Notes: a model not told the origin generated them from the sequence alone. A stretch of DNA of 61,583 nt, filler included, from Trichosphaerium sp. ATCC 40318 (GCA_038496445.1; 3 parts of 3 records of this genome joined end to end with filler, not necessarily neighbours in it), one strand, 5' to 3'. Positions 49,716 to 61,583 are shown, counted from the first letter of the whole stretch. Translations and numbers: made by a program.

Positions 49716-50211
49716 TTATCTGTAGTTTTACATGAAATTATGTGAAAATAAAACCCTTGGTAATATTCTAATCTTGTTAAAAGTTATTTTACCGTTTACT
49801 CTATTAGTTCAACTACATTTTGGATAGATATCTATTTTTAAGCAAGTGACTTGTTAGGGCAAGAAAAATACTATCCTTCCAGAAGAACTTTTCTTGCTGA
49901 CTACATGGTTGCACAAGATTTCTTTTTGGTTGTTTTATTCCAAAATTGGGGTACGTTTAAACAATCACGAGCTTCTTTTGATGGGCTACAACGATTTTGT
50001 ATCCTCGTAAAGGATGCAAGCCATGTACAGTTGGCAACAAGAACGATTTGGTAGAGGAGAAAAGTGACCCCTGTCGATGGTAACAAAATGGCAAAGATAC
50101 AAGATTGCCATTCTTTAGTCTAGAATTTACAAAAACTTTCAAAAAAAAAAGTCACTTTAAGTTAACTTGAATGCCAGACAACAATTGATGATAAGTATTT
50201 TACTGTTAGGT

Positions 50212-52629
50212 TCAAACAGAAGATACTTCTACTTTCTTAGTTGTTAAAGTATAAGGGAAAATGGCTTGTCTCAACGAAGGTATAAAGAAAGCAATAATCA
50301 GACCTGCAGCAATCTACCACACAAATTTAGTTTGCGAAACAATAAATGAAAACAAGAAAAAGAAGTGTCTTCACATACGAACACAAGGATGCCAAATGTG
50401 ACACCTAATACCAAACCAACATTTACTGATGCTCCGTTATCACAACTATCAGATCTTGATGTGATCACAATTATACTAGCAAAAGTTAGAGATCAGTGCA
50501 AAGATAAAAAGCATACGATGAGAGAGTCTGCTCAATTCTCGCCAATACACATTCTGGTGAAAGAACTGTAAAAGTACCATTGATACAGTTGCTGTTGCTT
50601 CGTATTACTTCTCTTCTTGTCTCACCAACACTTGTTGTGTTATCACTTGTGAAGTCAATGATGAACGTTGTATTCGATGGTATCACAATACATCCTAAAC
50701 ATTAGATTATCCAATAAACGTGTCTAAATATCTTTTGATACAAGACATACCTTCAACTTGAAGAAAGCCTCCTGGAGCGATTGTTGCTATCTCTGAGTTA
50801 ACAAAGTCGCCAACTATTGTCAAAGAACTAGACAACACTATTTCAGGTGGTAGACTACCAACTGTTGGTGTAGCTGTAGGTGATACAGTTGTCGGTTCAA
50901 CAGTTGGTGTTAATGTAGGTGCAGTTGTAGGCGATATTGTTGTTGGTGATATTGTTGTAGGAATGAAGGTTTTGCCTTCACAAGTAACTATTCAACACTG
51001 TAAGCGAGCAAATACAAATAATTTATACCATTAGCTTGACAATCTGCAAAATATGAGGTGATATCAGAGTAGCCACATGTGAAATTTGTTGGTGAAAAAC
51101 GACAATCAAAAACGCTTCCAGTATCTACTTGATAAATTAGTACAATACAATTGCTTGTGCAGTACTATCGTTGAGGCTGTTTTCGACTGTTGTTGTATTT
51201 CTAAACACGACATTTAGTATTCTTATTGTAGGAAATAACATATTAGTAGTGTACCTGATTGTAATGTCTATGGAAGCCCCGATCAATGCAGGGGATCTTA
51301 TAGTTGTTGAAATATTTTGTACTTGTTTTCTAGAAGTAGAAATCAGGTATTTACTAATCAGTTTAGGCAGAACGTTACACGCATGTAATATTCTCAAATA
51401 CACAAGAATCTATCACTGCGGATGCACGTCCTGATAGACCGACCAACACCAAAGAGCCAACTATAACCGGCAATTAATATGATACTTGGCTAGAACATGT
51501 GTACCAGTACATCTGTCCTCGATTAGTGGTCTTTCTTCTTCCATAGTATTATCAATAAAAGTTGAATTCAATATCTGCACATCAATTGAATTTGTGTATA
51601 GTACTGAAACATAGTACTCAGAGTCCGCTAAAAAACAAATGAGAATAAACGAGGAATAAGATTTGCATACCAACAGACTTTGCAAGTATGTAATTGTCCT
51701 TGAACAAGCAAGAGTTGATTGTAACCTAAATAAATGCATGTAAATATTTAGCCTGTTATGCAAAGTCGCAAATTACTCTATCAACAGTTTTGAATGTAGC
51801 AACATTTCCTATGTTTAAATAGTTATGATCAAACACAATAAGAGTATCAAATATTACCTCTCTGTGTCATTCTATTGATATGCCTCCCTCCTCTAAAATT
51901 ATGTTGAAAATGACAATTATTCACAGAAACCGTTTCGACTTTTTCAATCCATAATCCCAAAGGCTGGGCAAATCCTATCGAATCGAACAGTTCATGGAAA
52001 AGTGAATTGCGAACAATAACATTTCGGCTATTTTTCTCATTAAAAAATCGATCAAATCACGTGTACCTGTCAAATATTTTAATAAAACTCTCATTGCCTG
52101 TAACTACCATATTCCTACAATCGTCAACTGATCAATAAAAACTAGACTTGTAATGAATGTACTCTACAGTTACATTTGCAAAGGCGTTCAATTTGATTTT
52201 ACAACCATCAAACGTAAATCCTGATAATGAGATGCTAATGTTTTGATACCCGTTCACCGTCTCCTGTTCAAGTGAGCACGAAACAGTTATGCCTTTATTT
52301 AACGCTAAATAATTTGTTACAGAACCTTTCAAAAGCGCCAACATACCATAAATGTCTATACTTTCGTTAAGTTGAAATTGAAACGTGCTGCCAATAAAGT
52401 TTAATCCAGTAGAATTGAGAATAAGCGTGGTTGGCCCTTCGTTCAAGTAGCACTCCATATCAGTGCCACAATCGTGGTCACTTGAAGTTACAACTAAGAC
52501 ATAAAAAATTAACAAACGTCATATCGCAATCGCACTATCGCGCTGAATAATATTCGTACTTGTGTTACCGTGGGCAGGTACAGCAAGAGCAAAAAACAAA
52601 AAGGCAGTACAGAAATAACGCAAAGACAT
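50212..52629 (-). CDS. Type I membrane glycoprotein with beta-helix-like ectodomain and PT-rich linker
   Basis: Signal MSLRYFCTAFLFFALAVPAHG; ILNSTFIDN/FRNTT repeats; PTISPTTAPTLTPT linker; TM GLVLGVTFGILVFV/IAAGLIIAFFIPSLRQAIFPY. Confidence 0.75.
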
Positions 52630-53164
52630 TAACTATAGCAGGAATAAGCATTATTTGGCGTAATGAAGCGTTTTTTATAAGGTAAATTTCTTTTTGAAAC
52701 GCACGTGATGCTTTCCAAAACTATTATCAAAACAAAAGTTGTGTGATACGTTTTTGTCAACCTCTCATTTGCTTTTAACTGCCCACAGAGGCTTTATCAA
52801 TCATTTTGACGCGATATTTAGCAGATGAATTATAACACGCTTTTGTGTACCAAAAGTATTTGAAGGGGACAATCTATACGCCAAAAGAACGTCACTGGTT
52901 GAAAATTACAGATCACACAATAAAATGTGAGCTTGCTCATGATGCCTCAGTCTCGCCGTACAAAAAGCTCCATTTATATGGGAACAAAAGCTACAGTTTT
53001 AGGCTGAATAAGTAGATTGCTATCTAAAATCAAGCAACAATACTCTAGATGCCGTTGCTTACGCGTAAAGAGTGTGTAGGTTTCTACAAAACGCTGTTTA
53101 AAACAAAACGGAAATTTTGAGGCCCTCTAGCATGCCTCAACTTAGATTTCAAGAAAGCGACAAT

Positions 53165-53545
53165 CAAAGCTGCAGCAATCTACCATAGAAATTAAGTTGT
53201 GCGAAAAATACTGCGATAAAGCAATAATACTAGACATACCTTCAACTTGAAGCAAGCCTCCTGGAGTAATTGTACTATCCCTGAGTTAACAAAGTCACCA
53301 ACTATTGTCAAAGGACTAGAGAGCACTATTTCAGGTGGTAGGCTACCAACTGTTGGTGCAGCTGTAGGTGATACAGTGCGTAGGTAGTTTACCAAATTGT
53401 AATGTACATAGAAGATGCAATCAATGCTGGAGTTTATAGTTCTTGTATCATTTTGTATTTTGCTAAGCAGGAATCAGATGTCTGCTAGTAAAATCAAGGA
53501 GAACGTTACACGCATATCACTGCAGATCCACCAACAAAAACCAAA
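53165..53545 (-). pseudogene. Partial, deleted duplicate of the neighbouring membrane-protein gene
   Basis: 53232-53378 closely matches 50743-50889 (TVSPTAAPTVGSLPPEIVLSS...GDFVNS), flanked by pieces matching ~50290-50320 and ~51335-51385. Confidence 0.8.
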
Positions 53546-53858
53546 GCTCCAACCTCTACCCTTGTACAACTTTTTTACTAGTTTGGGTTTTCTTCAAATA
53601 TTCCGATTTGATTTTTTTTCTCGTCACATCTGCTAATAACGTTGAAGAATCAAATTCAGTGTTTGTTCTGAGATCTGTAAGGCAAACCCAGAAACAACGA
53701 AAGTCAAAAAAAAAGCTGGAGAAGTTAAGTTTGCATTTTTGCTACTTAATGAAACTCATTGTTTACAAAATAGGTTGAAATTAGTAAAACGTGGAATACT
53801 TGAAGGACTTTGACCTTATTCCACAGCCTAATTTACAAAACCCAGAAAAGCACGAAAC

Positions 53859-54916
53859 ATGACAGACATTGTTAAAGCTATAGACACCACTGCTGTCTCA
53901 TTTCAGTTAGAAATCTTACAACTTGGTAACGTTTGTGGTCCGTTAAACTTGTAACAATTACAGAGGAGCGGTTGAAGTCCTTAAACGAACAACGTGGTGT
54001 ATCTGAAGCGCCAGAAGTTACCGAACAGCGCACAGAGCTTGAAGAGTCTATTGCATGGTACAAAACGCGAATAAACGCTTCTGGAGCGTCTTGCGCCATC
54101 TTTAAAACACGTACGACGTCGTCGTTATCTTCTTCAGTAAAAAACTTTCATTTAACCTCGCTTGTAGCTAAAGAGGACTTGTTTAACGCTATTCGAGAAA
54201 AAAATGAGCAAACAAAGGCAACAGTATCAGTACCTTACGTAGGGTCTTTGTTTTTTTTTTTTGGCAACCAAACACGTGTTTTAGATTTGCCTTTTTTTTA
54301 ACGTTTCTAACGTTACTAGGGACCTCCTGATAACCCAATGCCTGTACAATGGCAAAAAGTACCTTATGGACCACCTGAGTTTTTTCAGCGAGGTAGAGCT
54401 GTGGGACCTTCTACACAAATAACTATCCACCAAGGTAGTCATTTTTTTTTTCAGTTTTGCTGTTAATTGTTGACGCTTGTTTATTTGAAAGGTCATTATG
54501 AAGGAAAAAAATGGGTGAATGAGCAAGATCATGTTGTAATGGTTAATGATGACGACACAATGGTACAAGCGAAGAATAGAATTAAGACCGCATTAGGTAC
54601 CAGTACCTCCTTTCTTTTTTTTTTTTTTTTGTCTTTTGAAAAAATCAACAAAACGAAGACAGAGTTCAGTTGTTTGTATGCATACACATACCACAGACTC
54701 ATATATATTGATTCATTATTTAGATGTAATTTTTTTGCTCTCACTGTTAGTGTCATCTCGGTATCTTACATTCTTTTCCTAGCGCTTGAAACAGATCCAG
54801 AAGTTTTTGCTGTTAATTTTTTGAAAATTCGTAGTGACCTTGATGATGCAGCCACCGTAACTCAATTAAGATTAACTAAAAGAAACATAAGGTGTATTGT
54901 TGCTAAACACGCATAG
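53859..54916 (+). CDS. Hypothetical protein: coiled coil + possible ubiquitin-like C-terminal fold
   Basis: MTDIVKAIDTT... multi-exon; C-terminus HVVMVNDDDTMVQAKNRIKTAL...DLDDAATVTQLRL resembles the Ubl pattern. Confidence 0.55.
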
Positions 54917-55350
54917 ATCCTATACCCTTCATAAACTAAATAAACTAGTTAAGTTGCATAGTGTCTTGGTAGGAATTAGTCTTTGTACGATTTGGGTATT
55001 TCCCTTGACATACAACAGCCGTTCTAAACTGGCTATTCTAAGGAGTCTCTTACTGATCCGGATTATTGAATAAAGAGACCCCTTGAGTTAAGGCTTCGTA
55101 CATTTAATAAGGGTAAGTAACAACATGAAATTTAATAACATCTTACGTTACTTTTTTTGCATTTAACAATTTCAGGAACAACTAATTAAGTACCAATCGC
55201 TCAATATATATTGACAAAGCCAAAACCATGAGATGTATCCTTAATACCAAGAGTAAGTCCATGTCTAAGAGTATAATGGATAGACTACGAGGCAATGTTG
55301 CGATGCTTCATCATGTCGCCATACTTAGGTGCAAATATTAACCTGTATGA

Positions 55351-55411
55351 AATTCAACCATGGATCCTGTGTTATTAGCACAGCGCTCTAACCAGCTGAG
55401 CTGTAACGACC
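55351..55411 (-). pseudogene. Degenerate tRNA-Ile(AAT) copy
   Basis: gttattagcacagcgctctaaccagctgagctgtaacgacc matches the 5' two-thirds of the tRNA at 42421-42494; T arm and acceptor stem decayed. Confidence 0.8.
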
Positions 55412-55962
55412 ATTTACTCTTGTTTTTTGCCCAACACCAAGTAGATCACTTACAACACTTTTCGATCGTTACAATCAATCAACATCACTTTTTTGGCTCA
55501 TTCTAAACGCTCGTTTTTTAACCAGTACAAAAACACTCGACGGACTTACTTACAAAGCAAAATCTATGTTGCACGTTTATATTATGTTTACTTAAGTTCG
55601 TACAAAGCACCTTTTAGTTCCTGATTACTATTCAGGACTATTTTGTTGCCTTTTTGTGAAGCTACAAAACTTATTAAAGGCGCACCTTACAACATGGATA
55701 TAAACTGGTCAAATCCTGATACTTTCCAGCTCGTTTCACGTGGAGTATTACTTTCAATACTTCTTATATGCATTGTAGCAGTAGTACTTGGCTATGGTTC
55801 AGTTTATAAAGAAGTTGGAGAAGGAAGACTTGGATCAACTCAGAAATCACGTGGAAAAAGCGAGAAACTAAGATAAATCAATCTATTTGTATATCACGCA
55901 CGTGTAGCAGTACTATGTACATAAATATTACCAACTTGATCACACGAGTGTTTCTGGTTTTT

Positions 55963-56062
55963 NNNNNNNNNNNNNNNNNNNNNNNNNNNNNNNNNNNNNN
56001 NNNNNNTTAATTAATTAANNNNNNNNNNNNNNNNNNNNNNNNNNNNNNNNNNNNNNNNNNNN
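55963..56062. other. Artificial contig-joining spacer
   Basis: 100-nt N block with central TTAATTAATTAA. Confidence 0.95.
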
Positions 56063-57731
56063 TTCCAATGGGATTTTTTTAGCCAAAAAATTGGATACAT
56101 CTTTGCTTGGAGGCCGCATTACATGATCATCTATAGTTGACTTATGCATATACATGTATGCTATTTTGCTCAAGGAATCCAATGCATTCATCTATTTTGT
56201 CATACATGTCCATCATGAATAGTTATTAATTAATTTATATTTTACCTTTTATAGCATATGTTTTCGAAAATGGTCACAGCCAACTACATGATGGATCAAT
56301 GGCGACTGAGGATATATAGTACTTGGCATAGTAATAATAAGAGGTATACAGTTTATTTGGTGGGGTGGCATATATGCGATCCAAAATCAGGAAAATGTAG
56401 AAATTTTCCTCCATTTTTTCATTTTTAGTGGTCGTCCACCATACCCCCTATGAATATTTACTTTAATTGTTATGCCATCTTAATATACTTTATATAAGCC
56501 TATATAAAAACAAAAATGATGGTTGGATTTGAAGGCTTAGAAGCATTTTGAGTTTGTGCCCTTTTTGGCCAAAAATGATGATATTGTTCGTTGATGCACC
56601 AGGCCCCCCATATATTATCTATGGTGTGCGATTCTTCATTTTTCTATTAACAAACATCATGGCATCATCTTATAATTTACTATATATACATAGATGATCT
56701 TGATGAAGCTACCTACAATCATACTTTATGGTAAAAAAACCAAAAAAATGCCATTTTTGCCAAAAACAGCTTTGCCTCCATGGTACCTCTTGATGCCATA
56801 TATCTTTGTTATATGGTTATTTTTTATCCATTTGGAAATGTTATCATGGGTGCAAAATTATATTGGCATAGAGCTTTTTATAGTGCCAATAATATTTTTG
56901 GTGTGTGTTTATGCAATTCATCTATTTTGTTGGACTTATATCATATATTTGCAATCTATTGCACATACATGATCTCAAGCATGGTAGTTGATGACTTGTG
57001 AAACATGAATTCAATAGATGTTTTTAATGCAGCGACACAGATGTTTTATTGAGAATTATAGCTTTTTTTATTTTTTTTTTGTGGTATATATGCCTATCAA
57101 GGCCACTTATGTTAAAATTACATACATAATTGTTTTTATATTTGATTATTAGATATATAACATACTTTTTATAAAAGAATATATCATCTTAGTGCTAAAA
57201 TAAAGGTTTTTTCTCAATGTCAACATGCAAAAATGCTATTTGTACTAAAAAATGATGTAAATAACAGTTTTAATATCATCTATGTTATCATACAATATAT
57301 TTTTATAAAGTATATATTGTAGCTACATAGAAATAACAATGATTTAGTCCTAAATGATCATGGCATTTAGTAGTGATAGCAAATAAATATTTTTGCCATT
57401 TTATAGTTTATCCATTAGGGTTGCCTTGATTACTCACCATGTATATCATCATATACATAGCGCTTGATGTATATTATGTAAATATGCCTTGGTTTATTGT
57501 GTATAAAGTATGTACCATTTATATTGCCTTGGTGTATAGTTATGAGGTGTTTTTTGTAGAAGTACTAAGTTTTTTAATATTTAGTGTATATTTTCGCTTA
57601 ATGAGCAAGACTTGCCTTTTTTGGTAGTTGTTTCACCGAATGAGAATCAGCGAACACTAGGTTTAAACACCTAAGCCCTAGTGTACAAAACCCTAATTCA
57701 CTGATACTAGGATTTTCACTGAACAATAGAG

Positions 57732-57763
57732 TTTAGGGTTAGGGTTTAGGGTTAGGGTTTAGG
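57732..57763 (+). repeat. Interstitial telomere-like repeats
   Basis: TTTAGGG TTAGGG TTTAGGG TTAGGG TTTAGG. Confidence 0.75.
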
Positions 57764-57983
57764 AGTCTGCTACTATTTTTTTTTTCAAACCTTACATTTG
57801 CTTGTTAGTAACATTCCGAGCTAATTTTGCCACATGCTATTGCATGTAGTAATTTTCGTATGTTACAAGGGTCATAAAGATTAGTCCTTGTCATAATTTT
57901 GCATTTTCTCATTATTTTCTTACTATTGTCTACATACACAATTGTCATCAACAATGTCAATTGCATGTTTGAAATTGTGCATG

Positions 57984-58126
57984 AAACTAAAGTGTTTGTT
58001 TGAATTACAAAGACTTTAAGCAGATTCAGTGAAATAGCCTTGATAAAACTAAAGTGTATGTTTGAATTATAAAAACTTTGAAGAGATTCAATGAAATTGA
58101 CATAATAAAACTAAAGTGCATGTTTA
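57984..58126 (+). repeat. ~62-bp tandem repeat, ~2.3 copies
   Basis: aaactaaagtgt(t/a)tgtttgaatta... recurs at ~57984, ~58046 and ~58108. Confidence 0.8.
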
Positions 58127-58402
58127 TTTATTATTTTATAAATAACAATGTATGTACACTTTTTTTTTTTTTTTATAATTATTAATCAATTTCAAAGAAC
58201 GTAGGTGTTCCCTGGTATTGACATACATATGCATGTGTGATTCAATCGCCGTCACGTGATATTGTCTTAGTTTGACTTTATCAAAACACAGGATGAGCAA
58301 CAACAAAGAAGACTCTCCTACATCTAAGGGCTCTGAAAAGCCTATAAATGCTAGGAGAATACCCAAGCAGAAAAAAGGTACCAACTTCCTCCTTTTTTTT
58401 TT

Positions 58403-58453
58403 AACCCCTTCCATTAGGCTTTATTAATTAAATAAAGCCTAATGGAAGGGGTT
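58403..58453. repeat. Perfect inverted repeat (23-bp arms, 5-nt loop)
   Basis: aaccccttccattaggctttatt-aatta-aataaagcctaatggaaggggtt. Confidence 0.95.
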
Positions 58454-58687
58454 TTTTTGATTTTAAAGGGTTTTTTTAAATCCCTAATTTTTCTTTGAAA
58501 GTTTTTCGTTGAACCTCGTCGCACATGTATACGCATGTCACGATAGGCCGCCATAGCAAAGCATTTGAGGACATATTCTATGTGTATCAATGCTAGCTAT
58601 TGCTTTATCGTGTACAGGCATATATGTGTTTTTGATGGGTTTATTTTTTACTTTAATTATACAACAAGTCAATGTATGTACGCATAC

Positions 58688-58870
58688 GTTCCGAGGTCGG
58701 AACTCGTGTTTACATACATTGACTTTTTTGGATTACGTTCCGAGCTCGGAACGTATGTTTACATACGTTGACCTGTTTGGATATGTTCCGAGCTCGGAAC
58801 GTACGTTTACATACGTTGACCTGTTCGAGTACGTTCCGAGCGCGGAACGTATGTTTACATACGTTGTTTT
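58688..58870. repeat. Palindrome array 1 (4 x 48-49 bp, core GTTCCGAGCTCGGAAC)
   Basis: Cores start at 58688, 58737, 58785, 58833. Confidence 0.95.
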
Positions 58871-59327
58871 ATATATTTAGTTGATATTTCTATTTTAACT
58901 TGTTTATTGTTGACTATGACTAACTTTTACACTAGTTCCAGAGCCCAAAGGTATTGGCTGGTTTATATTGGCAAATATAAATTCACGCTTGAATTGGAAG
59001 AAAGCTATTGGCACTCTGTTGGGCGAAGAGGATGGTATTGCCATTGGGTTTTTGTATGTTGCTTTGTTAGATTCTCATATACTTTTGTTCCTTTCAATGT
59101 TTTATTTACATGTATTTAGAGAAGCAATTTTACCAGACAAAGATATTACCCAAGTACATGTCAGAAGTATGCCTTTAGAGCAATTGGAAAATATTTTGAG
59201 CAATAGTTTTTCACTCAGTTTTACAAATACATTGGCTGCAGCATGTGATTTGAATGATCCAGAGCAGCTATCAAATTTGTTCAAGGTATGTATTTTCCCT
59301 TTCATAAACACACACTTGTCACGTAGG

Positions 59328-59540
59328 GTCTCAGTCTCGGAACCTATACCTTACATGCGTTTTTATTGTGTGATAGCGGTCCGAGCTCGGGACCAATGTT
59401 AACATGCATTTTTCTTTTATGATAGCGTTTCGAGCTAGGAACGAAATCCAAACAGGTCTATGTATGTAAACGCACGTCCCGAGCGCGGGACGTATACTTA
59501 CACGCGTTTTCTTGTCCGGTAGCGTTCCGAGCTCGGAAGG
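59328..59540. repeat. Palindrome array 2 (5 x ~49 bp)
   Basis: Cores at ~59328 (degenerate), 59378, 59427, 59476, 59524; within intron 59286-59611. Confidence 0.9.
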
Positions 59541-61004
59541 TTAGCACACATGCCTTTTTAGTCTACTTATTTATCAGAATTGTTGATGTTGACATTGTTT
59601 GTTTTTTTTAGATAAGATTTCCTCACTTTGATACCAAAGACTCTTTGGCAACATTCTTAAACAAAGTGATAAATACTTTTAATGAAGCTCCTTCTGAGTG
59701 GTGGGAGCCTATGGCCTATGATGAGAAATGGACAAACAGACTTGGTATAATACTTGTGTGGAAAGAATATTATATTGGCAGATTGTTATTTGGACAGAGC
59801 AATTGTATGAGGCCACAGCATTAAATCTGACAGATTCTGAATACTATGCTGCACTGTTGATGGTGTATGCCAGAAACTCACTATCCTTTCAGCAAGCTGC
59901 TGATTTTGATGAATTCATGTCGTACGTCCGAACGAACATGCCGACCGCATGTGTATATTTTCGTTTACTCTTTGATATTGTACTTACTTCTATATTAGTT
60001 GCACTAAAGCACATGAGTCAATGAATCTGTGTTTGATTGATAAAAAGGATCTAGAAGCTTTAAATCATACAGCAGCTAAAGATGGCATGAAAGTAGAAGA
60101 CCTACTACTTCCTGGGGATGTTGAACCAAAAGCTGATGAAATGTCTCATATTGTGTGTTTTATGGATGTCAGATCAGTAAACACTAGAAATATCTTGGAC
60201 AAGATGGAACTGAAAGATACTCATCTCAAACCTTTGATATTAACATATAACCCTGTGATCTATAATGGGGTAAAAACACCTGGGTTTGGTGTTGCTGATG
60301 GAGCTCATTGCTTGTTGACAGCTCTCTGGTACGTCACGATCGACCGCCGTCGCACAGACGTTACGCTTGTACGGCGGCGTTCGCGACACATGACCATACA
60401 CAACAGTTGCCTGACATTTTTGTTTTAGCAAACCAAGTCCAACACATGCCAGGACCAACTCTGTCAGCAATTTTAAATTGGGAAAGCAGTTGACATGGTT
60501 TAATCCTTTTAAGGGTTTAAATGCCATATCAACATATTGCTCCAAGCTGAATGAAGACCAAACCAGAGTCACAAAGCATACATTGGTGGATAAGTGCATA
60601 TCTGCCTTGGGGACATTCATGACACTTGCTAACCTGAAATATGACTATCATGCAGATCCCAAGGTTAAGGACAACAGGATAAACAAACGGAAGTGGAGTG
60701 TTGCAAGGTCTATTAAATATAAAACACAATTAATACGTTTGGTATGTCCATTTATTAGCCCCTGAACATTATTTTTTTTACTAATGACATAACTAATTGT
60801 TTTGATTATTAGACACAAGACAGTTTAGTAGGTAAATTTGGTGGCCTGAGTGAAAACAAAACAGCAGAGATCATTAAATCTGGATTGTTTTTCATGCCTG
60901 TGCCTACTATAGTGAGGACACAAATGACTTCTGTGGTGGATAAAAAGGTAAGTGTATTTTATTTATTATGCCCTTTTACACACGCATAATGTATGTACGC
61001 GAAC

Positions 61005-61172
61005 GCTCCGAGCTCGGACCGTCGTTCAACACACATTGCGCATGTTCGCGGACGTTCCGAACTCGGACTGTCGTTCAACACGCATTGCGCATGTTCGCGG
61101 GCGCTCCGAGATCGGAACGTCGTTTCTAAACCACGCATGACGTATGTTCGCGTACGCTCCGAGCTCGGAACG
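61005..61172. repeat. Palindrome array 3 (4 x 49-53 bp)
   Basis: Cores at 61005, 61054, 61103, 61156; within the intron starting gtaagt at ~60948. Confidence 0.9.
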
Positions 61173-61583
61173 CCATTTTACATGCATTACATTTATGAAA
61201 ATCTGTTTTTATAAAATGGGTTTTTTAGTTCCTGTTTTCAAAAAAAGCTGTTGCTCATGGTTTTTGTAGCAAAGTAAGACCATACCAGATATACTATCAG
61301 CATTTTAGTCATGGTGCTTGAATGACCTACCTCTGCTGCAAAAATATCTGTAAGTATCACATGGTAAAGTTACACCAACTCTTATTTTTTTGAATAGTTT
61401 TGCAAAGCAATAAACACATGGTTTATACCCTACAACATCACAAAACTATTTTTTGTCAGGTATAAACTTTGCAAAAAGTTTACAGTACAAGCTTTAAACA
61501 GAGCTGAAAAATCTTGGTGGACCCACATGATAGATGATGAAACACCCTGTTGAAATTGAAGATGAATGTCTTTGTCTGAATAT

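Larger units (their letters stand above)
58293..61583 (+). pseudogene. Spliced, CpG-eroded gene encoding a ParB/Srx-like domain protein; runs off the window
   Basis: GT-AG exons incl. KPLILTYNP...GFGVADGAHCLLTAL (DGxHR-like, TGC at 60309-60311) and AISTYCSKLNEDQTRVTKHTLVDK; apparent frameshift near 59725 and in-frame stops near 61300 and 61550. Confidence 0.55.

Noticed and set aside
58688-61172. CRISPR array interpretation of the palindromic repeats
   Set aside because: Eukaryotic intronic context, 16-bp core, spacers similar to each other within arrays, and no cas genes.

Overview
Eukaryotic, intron-rich protist DNA. An amoebozoan-like origin is inferred only from gene content and style (short GT-AG introns, saposin, PTEN-LIM, type I membrane proteins ending RxxIFP). 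The window is three contigs joined by artificial N-TTAATTAATTAA-N spacers (24232-24331, 55963-56062). Host genes: PTEN-C2-LIM phosphatase, DUF1279/FAM210-like protein, prosaposin-like protein, Rab11, an Spt3-like histone-fold protein with an inserted PHD finger, EF-hand proteins, a PhyH dioxygenase, several F-box/LRR paralogues, membrane glycoproteins and tRNA-Ile(AAT). Mobile DNA: an L1/Tx1-type LINE with an in-frame RT deletion, a TIR-bounded MITE, and an apparently intact Ngaro-like tyrosine-recombinase retrotransposon with perfect split direct repeats. In that element gag and pol are separated by a single UGA followed by the CAAUUA readthrough signal, and the recombinase ORF appears to need splicing. 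The most unusual region is 58.3-61.6 kb: a CpG-eroded spliced gene with a ParB/Srx-like motif whose introns carry three arrays of a 16-bp palindrome (GTTCCGAGCTCGGAAC) at about 49-bp period, resembling a ParB-parS/sopC module, next to a 51-bp hairpin and telomere-like repeats. Gene models were read by eye and domain calls come from motif recognition, not database searches.
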